From an uncultured Gemmatimonadaceae bacterium (GTDB taxonomy: Bacteria; Gemmatimonadota; Gemmatimonadetes; Gemmatimonadales; GWC2-71-9): a DNA stretch of 64,000 bases. The notes under the pieces were generated by a model. The model searched no databases. It saw only the letters and a program-made list of their open reading frames with translations, and was not told where the DNA came from. Where the stretch lies: assembly GCA_964647615.1 (NCBI GenBank), contig CAZYIV010000007.1, forward strand, positions 1,950 to 65,949, given 5' to 3'. Numbering within the stretch: position 1 is the first letter of the stretch; every line of letters begins with the position of its first letter. Position numbers and translations under genes: made by a program. Shown here one piece after another: positions 16,275 to 24,433 of this stretch.

Positions 16275-18362
16275 GTGGCCTTCCAGCTCGCCGGGAAGGC
16301 GACCCGCGAGGCCCTCTTCCTCTCCGCGTTTCCGATCACCGACCTGCCACGGATGGTCGTCGGCGCCGCGGTCGTCTCGGCGGCGGTCACCCTGCTGCTT
16401 GCCCGCGCCATGGGGCGGCATGGCCCCGGGCCGCTGATTCCCGCGCTCGCGGGGGTGAGCGGCCTGGGCCTCCTGCTCGAGTGGGGGCTGTCCCGGGCGG
16501 CACCGGCGGCAGCCGCAATCCTCTACTACCTGCACTTCAGCGCCCTCGGGGCGGTGCTCATCTCCGGGCTGTGGACCCTGGTCACCGAACGGTTCGACCC
16601 CCGCGAGGCGCGTCGTCGGCTCGGACCGATCATGGCGGGCGCCTCAGCGGGGGGCCTCGTCGGCGGCGCCGCGGCCGCCCCCCTCGGTGCGTGGCTGCCT
16701 GTCTCGGGCCTGTTGCCGCTGCTGGCGTTGCTGCACCTCGCGGCAGCGCCGCTGCTGCTCCAGTTGGGCGCCGGGCCGCCGGTCCCGTCGCCTTCAGGGG
16801 CAGGCGCCGAACCGGGGCCGCTGGCGACCCTCGGCGGATCGTCGTACCTGCGGCGGCTCGCGGCGCTCGCCGCGCTGGCGGCCCTCGCGGAGGGGCTCCT
16901 CGACTGGGTCTTCAAGGCGCGGGCGGTCGACGCCATCGGGGACGGTACCGCGCTGCTCCGCTTCTTCTCCCTGTTCTACACCGCCACGGCACTGGTCGGG
17001 ATCCTGGTGCAGGGCGGTGTACTGCGCGGCCTCATCGCCCGGCTGGGGCCGGGCCTCGCGGCCGCGGCCCAGCCGCTGGGCGTGCTGCTCGGTTCGATCG
17101 CCGGTCTGCTGCTGCCCGGACTGTGGCCGGTGACCCTGGCGCGTGGCGGGGAGATCGTGCTCCGCACCTCGTTGTTCCGCGGCGCTGGTGAACTCCTCTT
17201 CTCCCCGGTGGCACCGCGCGCCAAGCACGCCACCAAGCTGCTCGTGGATGTCGGTGCCGCGCGCCTGGGCGACGTTGTTGGCGGGCTGCTGCTCCAGATG
17301 ATGCTTGTCGTCGGTGTCGCCCGGGTACCGGGGCGAATGCTGCTGCCGACGGCCGCGGCCGCTACGATCGCGATCCTGGTCGCGTTGCGCCTCCGCCGTG
17401 ACTACCCCGCGGCGCTCGCGGCGGGCCTCGCCGCTCGCGCGGAAGGTGGCAGGGAGCCGATGGAGAGTCGGTCGCTGGCCATGCTGGAGACGGTGGGAGG
17501 CTACGAGTTGCCCTCCCGTGCCACGCGAACCGGGGCACCGGACCCCGCGCCGTCGGAGCCGGTGGAAGAGCCGTCCGGCCCGGCCTGGGAGAGCCGGGAT
17601 GCCGGGCGGATCCGCGCCGCGCTCGAGGGCATCGTGCTCGGTCGGGGCGAGGTGGACCCCGTGGTGGCGCTGGTCGGGTGGGACGAGGTGGCCCCGGCGG
17701 CGATGGCCGCGCTCGCTCGGGTCTCCGTGCGGGAGGCGGGCCGGCTCGCGGCACGGATGCTCGATCCGGCAGAACACTTCGCCATCCGGCGGCGGCTGGT
17801 GCGGGTCTTGGCCGAGGCCCGGTCCCCCGAGGTGCCCGGGGCGCTGCTGCGGGGGCTGGACGATGCCCGGTTCGAGGTGCGCTACCTGGCAGCGCGGGCG
17901 CTGCACCGTCAGGTCGCGCTGGGGGCGCCGCCTCCGCCGCGAGAGCGTGTGCTCGCCGTCGTGGCGCGCGAAGTGGCCGTGGGCCGGCCGCTGTGGGAGG
18001 GCCGGCAGCTGCTGGACGAGGCCGAAGACCTGGCCTCGCCGATGGCGATGGGGGTGCTGCGAGCCCGGGCCGACCGCAGCCTGGAGCACGTCTTCACCCT
18101 CCTGGCGCTGGTACTGCCCCGGGGGCCGGTGCGCCTCGCCTGCCACGCACTGCACACCACCGACGCCCAGCTCAGGGGCACGGCGCTCGAGTATCTCGAA
18201 AACGTGCTGCCGCCCGAGATACGCGACGGCCTCTGGCCCTTCCTGGAACCGGAGACCGCGCCGCGTCGCGAGTCCGGGCGGGCGGAGGAGGTGCTGGACC
18301 GGCTGCTGCGATCGCAGGAGTCCATCGCGCGGGCCCTGGAGGCCCGCGCGCAGAAGCCGTAG
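16275..18362 (+). CDS. diverged TLC/MFS-like membrane domain fused to C-terminal HEAT repeats (start uncertain)
   Basis: The membrane half is paralogous to 12278..13690 (ALLVAFQLAGKATREALFLSAF; LWTLVTERFDPREARRRLGPIMAGASAGG). The C-terminal half has HEAT-like repeats (RRRLVRVLAEARSPEVPGALLRGLDDARFEVRYLAARAL). GTG 16275 is the first canonical start after the upstream stop. Homology suggests an earlier start (CTG 16209 or GTG 16086). Confidence 0.6.
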   Translation: MAFQLAGKATREALFLSAFPITDLPRMVVGAAVVSAAVTLLLARAMGRHGPGPLIPALAGVSGLGLLLEWGLSRAAPAAAAILYYLHFSALGAVLISGLWTLVTERFDPREARRRLGPIMAGASAGGLVGGAAAAPLGAWLPVSGLLPLLALLHLAAAPLLLQLGAGPPVPSPSGAGAEPGPLATLGGSSYLRRLAALAALAALAEGLLDWVFKARAVDAIGDGTALLRFFSLFYTATALVGILVQGGVLRGLIARLGPGLAAAAQPLGVLLGSIAGLLLPGLWPVTLARGGEIVLRTSLFRGAGELLFSPVAPRAKHATKLLVDVGAARLGDVVGGLLLQMMLVVGVARVPGRMLLPTAAAATIAILVALRLRRDYPAALAAGLAARAEGGREPMESRSLAMLETVGGYELPSRATRTGAPDPAPSEPVEEPSGPAWESRDAGRIRAALEGIVLGRGEVDPVVALVGWDEVAPAAMAALARVSVREAGRLAARMLDPAEHFAIRRRLVRVLAEARSPEVPGALLRGLDDARFEVRYLAARALHRQVALGAPPPPRERVLAVVAREVAVGRPLWEGRQLLDEAEDLASPMAMGVLRARADRSLEHVFTLLALVLPRGPVRLACHALHTTDAQLRGTALEYLENVLPPEIRDGLWPFLEPETAPRRESGRAEEVLDRLLRSQESIARALEARAQKP

Positions 18363-18368
18363 GCGGGC

Positions 18369-20267
18369 CTACCGGCTCGTATCGGGCTCCGCCAGGAAGA
18401 ACTGCAGCCCGCCCCCGGCATCGCCGGTGAGCAGGTCCAGCCGTCCGGTGCCGCGCAGGTCGGCGAACAGCGGCGTGGAGTAGGGCGGGAGAGCGAGGGC
18501 GAGGGTGGTATCGCGCTCGAAGCGCGGCGCCTGCCGCGTGCCGGTGTTGCGGAAGATGACGGGTGCGCCGCGCTCCGTCCCGACGATCAGGCTCAGCCGG
18601 CCATCCCCGAACAGGTCGGCGAACCGCGGGGCGACCCGGCGGCCGAGCCGCTCGCCGAGCAGATCGTCGGTCACGAGCGTGAAGCGGGGCTGGCCCGGCG
18701 TGCCGTCATTGCGGAAGAAGAGGATCCGCCCGGACGACTCGCCGACGAAGAGGTCCAGGTCGCCGTCGGCGTCGATGTCGGCCAGCGTCGGCACCGCGTT
18801 GCTGCCGTGGGGCAGGCTCACGAACGCCGAGTCCACCAGCGTGAACCTGGGCGGCCCATTCCCCCCCTCGTTGTGGTACCAGGCCAGCGGTGCATGGAAC
18901 TGCCCCAGCACCAGGTCGGGCCGGCCATCGCCGTCGAGGTCCCCGAGCGCGGGGGCGTAGTGGAAGGCCGGCGCCACCGGCAGCCGGTCCCGGAGCTGGA
19001 ACGCCGGCGCGGTGGCGCTGCCGGTGTTCTCGAACCAGTAGAGGCCGCCGGTGCGGAAGTTGTCGGGCTCGATCTTGGTGCCGACCAGCAGGTCCAGGTC
19101 GCCGTCGCCATCGAGGTCGGCCAGCGCCGGCACGCTCTCGCTCCCCAGGTCCACGCCGTCGAGCAGGCGGCGGGTGCGCAGCGACCACTCGGCGGGCCCG
19201 GTCTGGTCCAGCAGGAAGAGGTTGTCCTGGCTGGTGAGCACCGGATTGAACGCGCCCCCCAGCACGCCCACCACGAGGTCCAGATGGGTGGAGTCGCGCG
19301 GATGCCCGAAGGCGGGGGCGTTGTAGCCGCTGGTCTCCAGCGGGGCGTTCTGGGGGAAGGGGATGCGCTCGCCGTGGAAGTTCATCCGGCTGCAGCTGCC
19401 GACGTTGCGGAGCCACAGCAGCCCCGGCTCGAAGAAGTCGCCCCAGAGGATGTCGTAGTCACCGTCGCCGTCGAGGTCGGCCACGGCCAGGGTGTTGGCG
19501 CCGTGCAGGCTGGCGCGCTGCCCGATGATCTGGATGTCCTCGAACCGGTCGGTCACCAGGCGGAAGCGCGGCGCGCGGGTGGAGTCGAAGCCTGCCAGCT
19601 CGTAGCGCGCCATGGTGCCGTCCACCCGGCCGAGCATCATGTCCATCCGGCCATTGCAGTCGATGTCGGCGAACTGGGCGATGTTCTGTCGGTCGGCGTA
19701 GATCGGCGTACCATCCACCGCGCGCACGGTGTCGGCCAGCACCTCGAACCGGGGCGCGCCCGGCCGCCCGGCGTTGTGGAAATAGCGGATGTAGCTGTAC
19801 TTCGACTCGGCGAGCAGGTCGGGGAGCCCGTCCCCGTCCACGTCCGCGAAGCGGAACCACTCCCCGATGTCGAGCCCCTCGTAGCGGTCGGTGCGCCAGG
19901 TCCAGGCCAGGCTGTCGCCGCGGCCCGCAGGCGAGTAGCGCTGCAGCTCCCCGGTGTACTCCTGCACGAACAGATCCGGCCGCCCGGTGCCCTCGATGTC
20001 CACCAGCTGGGGCCGGGGATGGTCGAAGCCGCCGAGAAAGGCCAGCGCGTAGGCGCGGCCGGTGGTGTTGCGGACGGGGAAGGGGGAGATGCTGCGGACA
20101 TAGCGCGCCGCCCCCGCGGCGGACGCAGGGGCGGCGGTGGCGGGGGCCGGCGCGGGGGTGCCGCGGGGCCCCGCCGCGGGCGGCGTGGCGCAGCCGCCCG
20201 GGAGGAGCGAGGCGAGCAGGACCAGCGGAGCGGCGAGCCGTCGCGGGGACCAGCTCGCCCGGGTCAC
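18369..20267 (-). CDS. FG-GAP/VCBS-repeat (CRTAC1/ASPIC-like) lipoprotein
   Basis: GTG start overlaps the upstream stop (GTGA). Signal peptide with Cys: MTRASWSPRRLAAPLVLLASLLPGGC. Repeated D.DGDG..DL and FxNxG motifs (DVDGDGLPDL, DLDGDGDYDIL, DLDGDGDLDLLVG, DIDADGDLDLFVG). Confidence 0.75.
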   Translation of the reverse strand: MTRASWSPRRLAAPLVLLASLLPGGCATPPAAGPRGTPAPAPATAAPASAAGAARYVRSISPFPVRNTTGRAYALAFLGGFDHPRPQLVDIEGTGRPDLFVQEYTGELQRYSPAGRGDSLAWTWRTDRYEGLDIGEWFRFADVDGDGLPDLLAESKYSYIRYFHNAGRPGAPRFEVLADTVRAVDGTPIYADRQNIAQFADIDCNGRMDMMLGRVDGTMARYELAGFDSTRAPRFRLVTDRFEDIQIIGQRASLHGANTLAVADLDGDGDYDILWGDFFEPGLLWLRNVGSCSRMNFHGERIPFPQNAPLETSGYNAPAFGHPRDSTHLDLVVGVLGGAFNPVLTSQDNLFLLDQTGPAEWSLRTRRLLDGVDLGSESVPALADLDGDGDLDLLVGTKIEPDNFRTGGLYWFENTGSATAPAFQLRDRLPVAPAFHYAPALGDLDGDGRPDLVLGQFHAPLAWYHNEGGNGPPRFTLVDSAFVSLPHGSNAVPTLADIDADGDLDLFVGESSGRILFFRNDGTPGQPRFTLVTDDLLGERLGRRVAPRFADLFGDGRLSLIVGTERGAPVIFRNTGTRQAPRFERDTTLALALPPYSTPLFADLRGTGRLDLLTGDAGGGLQFFLAEPDTSR

Positions 20268-21334
20268 GGCGCGGCGGCTCCCATGCCCGCTCCGTCCGGC
20301 GCGGTCTCCATGGTGCGGAGCACCTGGTAGCCCTTCGTGGAGACGGACACGACGTATCCCGGACGGTCGGTCACGCCATGGGCCATGCCCACGCCGCCCA
20401 TGTCCATCGTCTGGCCGCTGTTGTGGGCGCTGACGAAGGCACGCCCATTCGGGGTGAAGGCCAGCCCATGGGGCTGGGCGAAGCCCTCCCCGGTGATGGT
20501 GTGGGTGACCTGCCAGCTGCGGGCATCCACCACCGACACGTCGTTGGAGCGCTGGTTGGGGACCCAGATCTCCTTGCCATCCGGGCTGTAGGCCGGGTGC
20601 CAGGGCCAGTCACCCACCTTCGCCACCTTGTCGAGCGCCGGATGGCCCGGGTCCTTGAGGCTCAGGGCGAGGATCTCGCCGGTGAGCTGCGCGGTCGCGG
20701 CCAGGGTCTTGCCGTCGGGCGAGAGCGCGAACTGCACGATCACCCGGTTGGCCTCGCCCGGGATGTCCACCACGTCCACCTGGTCCTTCGCGACGTCATA
20801 GACGGCGACCTGGTTGGTGCCGAGGCTGCCGATGTAGACGTGCTTGCCGTCGCGGCCCACGGCGATGGCGTGGGGCCGCGGGATCAGGACTTCCACTTCC
20901 TCGATGGACATGTCGGCGGTCTTGATCACCCCGATGCGCGAGGGTGCCCGCACCGCCGACATGGTGTGGGTGACGTACAGGTGCTGGCCGGTGCGGTCGA
21001 GCGCCAGCAGCCCGGGGATTTCCATCGTGGCCCGGCCGACGACGTGGTTGGCCCGGTCCAGCTTGAGCACCACGTTGTCCCCGATGAGCGAGACGTACCA
21101 GAACCGGCCGTCGGGCGCCACGGCGATGTGGTGCGGCTTGGCGTGATCCGAGAAGCCCATCGCCTGCAGGTCCACGGTGGCCACCACGCTGTCCGCGGTG
21201 GCATCCACGACGGTGATCTTCGCCGCCGCCTGGTTGGCGATGTACACCAGTGGGGGGAGCCCCCCGGCCGGCGGCCGGGGGGCCGCGGCGCCGCCGAGCA
21301 GCGCCGCGGAGGTGAGGAGCAGGGTTCCGATCAT
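20264..21334 (-). CDS. YVTN-type beta-propeller repeat protein (secreted)
   Basis: Start at MIGTLLLTSAALLGGAAAP (ATGA overlap with the upstream gene). Repeated PHxIAVxPDGxxxYV units (KPHHIAVAPDGRFWYVS, PHAIAVGRDGKHVYIG, PHGLAFTPNGRAFVS). Confidence 0.75.
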   Translation of the reverse strand: MIGTLLLTSAALLGGAAAPRPPAGGLPPLVYIANQAAAKITVVDATADSVVATVDLQAMGFSDHAKPHHIAVAPDGRFWYVSLIGDNVVLKLDRANHVVGRATMEIPGLLALDRTGQHLYVTHTMSAVRAPSRIGVIKTADMSIEEVEVLIPRPHAIAVGRDGKHVYIGSLGTNQVAVYDVAKDQVDVVDIPGEANRVIVQFALSPDGKTLAATAQLTGEILALSLKDPGHPALDKVAKVGDWPWHPAYSPDGKEIWVPNQRSNDVSVVDARSWQVTHTITGEGFAQPHGLAFTPNGRAFVSAHNSGQTMDMGGVGMAHGVTDRPGYVVSVSTKGYQVLRTMETAPDGAGMGAAAP

Positions 21335-23718
21335 GGCACCACCCCGACCGGGCGGGCCCGCAGCAGGAAGAGGCCTTCCTTCATGCTGGTCACGGCCACC
21401 ACACCACTCGGGAAGAAGGGATAGTTGCCCCACGAGCCGCCGAACTGCGCCTCGTCCGGGCCCACGGGGACGGTGTCGAAGAAGCCCGCCGCCTTGGGGT
21501 GCAGCCGGTCGGTGATGTCGAGCACCCGGAGCCCGCTCAGGTAGTTCGACTCGTACACCCGGTCGCCGACCACGAAGAGGTTGTGGTCGATCGCCTTGTT
21601 GGGCGAGATGTACTCCCCGGCCAGGACCGGGTTCTCCAGGTCGCTCACGTCCCAGATCAGGGTCCGGGTGCCGTCCACGAGGCCCTGGATCTCGTCCAGC
21701 TCGTCATCGGCGTAGACGTAGTGCTGGTCCTCGGTGAGCCAGCCCTGGTGGGAGTAGCCCACGTTGGGGTAGCTCTGGTGGGAGAGCGCCTTCGGGTGGC
21801 TCTTGTCGGTCACGTCGGCGATGCCGATCGCGGTCTCCGAGAAGTTGATGCAGATCTCGCGGCCGCGGTACCGGGCGTCCGGCCCGTGGTAGTTCACGCA
21901 CTGGGCGTCGTGGGTGTAGCCGGTGCCGGAGCGGCCGGTGGTGCTGTCGGCGAAGCAGCCCGCGAAGGTCGGCTGCAGCGGGTTGCGGATGTCCACCATG
22001 TGGAGCGCGCCGCCGCACATCTCGCCGCCGGCCGAGGCGCCCACCAGGAAGGCGTAACCGGACGCGGTGTCCACCACGACGTTGTGCACGCTGTGCACGT
22101 TGCTGTAGTGGGCGTCCTCGGTGAAGGTGGCCGGCACCTTCGCCGGGTTGCGCAGCCGGTTCAGGTCGAAGACCTGCATCCCGTGCTCGCGCGCCCCGTC
22201 GGCCACGATGAAGGCGTAGTGCTTGTAGGTCTTGATGTCACGCCAGACGCTGGTCTGGGCGGTCTTGGTCTTGGGCAGGTCGCCGACGAAGATCGGGTGC
22301 ATCGGGTCGGTGATGTCCACGAACGAGGTGCCGTCCAGCCGGCCCACCAGCGCGTACTCCCGGCCGGTCTGCGGGTCCTTGTAGCCCCAGATGTCGTTCA
22401 CCTCGACCCCGCGCTTGCCGCCGATGTCCTTGACCGGCACGAAGGCCATCAGGTCCACCTGGGAGCAGTCGAAGATCGAGACCTTGCCGCCGGTGCACTC
22501 GCGCTTGGCGCCGGTCAGCGCCGGCAGCGTGGCCACCTCGCCCTCGAGCAGGCCGCCCGAGCGCCAGCCCGCGGGGCCGCGGTTGAAGAGCGCCACCGCG
22601 CCCTCCTGGAAGTCCTTCCCCGGCACGCCCACCGCACCCTGCGCACCCACGGCGAGGATCGAGAAGCCGGCGAGGGTCTGCGGCTGGTCCTCGATCCCGG
22701 GGATCGCCAGCTTGCTCGCGCCGGTCCAGCCGTCCGTGTCGCGGCTGAAGCGGTACACCACGCCCTTGAACTGCGACGCGCCCGGCGCGCCGACCCAGAG
22801 CTCATCACCCACCGAGGCCAGCCCCACGCCGAACAGCGTCCGCGGGGTGGCATCGAAGGGCAGCAGGTGCGTGCCCTGCGACCACTTCCCGTCGCTGTCG
22901 CGGGTATAGAGGAAGACGGCGCCGGTGCCACGGTCGTAGCCCGGCGAGCCGACCCACAGCGAATCCCCGTGCGGCACCAGCGACACCCCGAAGCCGGCGC
23001 GGGCGGTGTTGACCGTGCCCGGGGTGATGCGGGCGTCCTTGCTCCAGCTGCCGTCGCTGCCGCGGCTGTACACGTACACCGCGCCGCTCGCGGAATCGGC
23101 CCGGCCGCCGCCGAGCGACGAGGCGCCGACATACAGCCGGCCGCCGTCGAGCGCGACGGAGTTGCCGTACCAGTCCTTGGTCTCGCTGTCGCTCGGGGTG
23201 AGCGTGGTCTCCATGGTCCACTGGCCGCCCGAGCGGCGGTAGACGTAGACCGAGCCGCCCGCATGGGCGCTGCTCACCACCGCCACGTCACCCGCCACCG
23301 CCACCTTGCGGCCGAAGCGGTCGTTCGGCTCGGCGTCGTCGGGACGGCTGATCGTGCCCGCGGCCTTCCAGGCGCCGGCCCGGTCGCGGCCGAAGACGTA
23401 CACCATGCCCCGGCTGGAATCCGCCGCCACGGTGCTGATCAGGGCGGTGGACCCGTCGAGCGCGATCGCCCGGCCGAAGCCATCCCCGTTGGTCGCGCCG
23501 TCGGCGTTCAGCTTGGCCGCCTGCTTCCACGCCCCCCGCGCGTCGGCGCGGTAGACGTACACGATGCCGGGCGCGTACTGGTTGTCCGGCTGGCCGATCA
23601 GCAGATCGGTCCGGCTGGATGCCATCGCGGCACCGTAGTTGACGTTCTGGGCCGCGAGGGGCGCGACGAGGGCCGCGGCACCCAGGACGGCGAGGGACAG
23701 TGAGAGACACTTGCGCAT
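21331..23718 (-). CDS. secreted FG-GAP-like repeat protein with C-terminal LVIVD / choice-of-anchor-B-like propeller
   Basis: Start at MRKCLSLSLAVLGAAALVAPLAAQ. The N-half has repeated G.VYVY/F..... W motifs. The C-half (ECTGGKVSIFDCSQVDLMAFVP...NDIWGYKDPQTGREYALVG...TSFVDITDP...) resembles choice-of-anchor-B / LVIVD repeat proteins. Confidence 0.7.
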   Translation of the reverse strand: MRKCLSLSLAVLGAAALVAPLAAQNVNYGAAMASSRTDLLIGQPDNQYAPGIVYVYRADARGAWKQAAKLNADGATNGDGFGRAIALDGSTALISTVAADSSRGMVYVFGRDRAGAWKAAGTISRPDDAEPNDRFGRKVAVAGDVAVVSSAHAGGSVYVYRRSGGQWTMETTLTPSDSETKDWYGNSVALDGGRLYVGASSLGGGRADSASGAVYVYSRGSDGSWSKDARITPGTVNTARAGFGVSLVPHGDSLWVGSPGYDRGTGAVFLYTRDSDGKWSQGTHLLPFDATPRTLFGVGLASVGDELWVGAPGASQFKGVVYRFSRDTDGWTGASKLAIPGIEDQPQTLAGFSILAVGAQGAVGVPGKDFQEGAVALFNRGPAGWRSGGLLEGEVATLPALTGAKRECTGGKVSIFDCSQVDLMAFVPVKDIGGKRGVEVNDIWGYKDPQTGREYALVGRLDGTSFVDITDPMHPIFVGDLPKTKTAQTSVWRDIKTYKHYAFIVADGAREHGMQVFDLNRLRNPAKVPATFTEDAHYSNVHSVHNVVVDTASGYAFLVGASAGGEMCGGALHMVDIRNPLQPTFAGCFADSTTGRSGTGYTHDAQCVNYHGPDARYRGREICINFSETAIGIADVTDKSHPKALSHQSYPNVGYSHQGWLTEDQHYVYADDELDEIQGLVDGTRTLIWDVSDLENPVLAGEYISPNKAIDHNLFVVGDRVYESNYLSGLRVLDITDRLHPKAAGFFDTVPVGPDEAQFGGSWGNYPFFPSGVVAVTSMKEGLFLLRARPVGVVP

Positions 23719-23940
23719 GAAGTGGGTCTCCGAAGGACTCGGCCTGAGGGAAGGGGTGAGGGATCGGCTCAGCGGTCGCCGAAATGGAGCATCGGTCGGC
23801 GGGAATGCAAGGTCCCCGGCGTACCGCCCGGGGCCGGCTACAACACGATGGAAGCGCACCAAGTGTTTCAGCCCGGGCGCAACGTCCCGCAACGTGACGT
23901 CGGGATCCCGGCCGCGCCAGCCCCGGGACCGTGGCGGGGG

Positions 23941-23969
23941 TTGACAAATCCCGGGCTCTGTTGAAATAT
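23941..23969 (+). promoter_or_regulatory. candidate sigma70-type promoter of blaI-blaR1
   Basis: Perfect TTGACA (23941..23946), a 17-bp spacer, then AAATAT (23964..23969). It sits about 55 nt upstream of the blaI ATG and overlaps the palindromic operator. Confidence 0.4.
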
Positions 23970-23991
23970 CAGCACTGCTGATTTCTCAGCA
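23968..23991. promoter_or_regulatory. overlapping palindromes, candidate BlaI operator 1
   Basis: ATCAGCA-C-TGCTGAT (23968..23982) overlaps TGCTGA-TTTC-TCAGCA (23976..23991). The second has the same half-sites and N4 spacing as the palindrome at 26539..26554. Confidence 0.55.
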
Positions 23992-24022
23992 CCTCGCTCC
24001 GGCGGGGGACCCGAACCGGGGG

Positions 24023-24427
24023 ATGTCCGCTGCCATGCCCAAGCGCCCTGTCACCGAGGACCTGAGCCGCCGCGAGCGGCAGGTGATGGAAATCCTGCAC
24101 CGCCGCGGGGAGTCCACCGTGAGCGAGATCCTCGAGGCCCTGCCCGATCCACCGACCTACTCGGCCGTGCGGTCGGTACTCCGGATCCTGGCGGAGAAGC
24201 ACCTGGCGGCCTACCGGGAAGACGGGCCCCGCTATGTGTACTTCCCTGCGCGACCCACCGACCAGGCCCGGGATGACGCCCTCGCCCACGTGGTTCGCAC
24301 CTATTTCGCCGGGTCGGCCGAGCAGGCCGTCACCGCCCTGCTGCGCCTCAGCGATGCCGAGGTCAGCGATCCCGAGATTGCCCGCCTGCGCGAGAAGATC
24401 CGTCGCGCCCGGGTGGACGGAAAGTAG
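24023..24427 (+). CDS. blaI: BlaI/MecI/CopY-family transcriptional repressor
   Basis: 134 aa with an N-terminal winged helix (LSRRERQVMEILHRRGESTVSEILEAL...YSAVRSVLRILAEKHL) and a C-terminal dimerisation helix. It lies immediately upstream of an M56 peptidase gene. Confidence 0.9.
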   Translation: MSAAMPKRPVTEDLSRRERQVMEILHRRGESTVSEILEALPDPPTYSAVRSVLRILAEKHLAAYREDGPRYVYFPARPTDQARDDALAHVVRTYFAGSAEQAVTALLRLSDAEVSDPEIARLREKIRRARVDGK

Positions 24428-24433
24428 GCCCCG

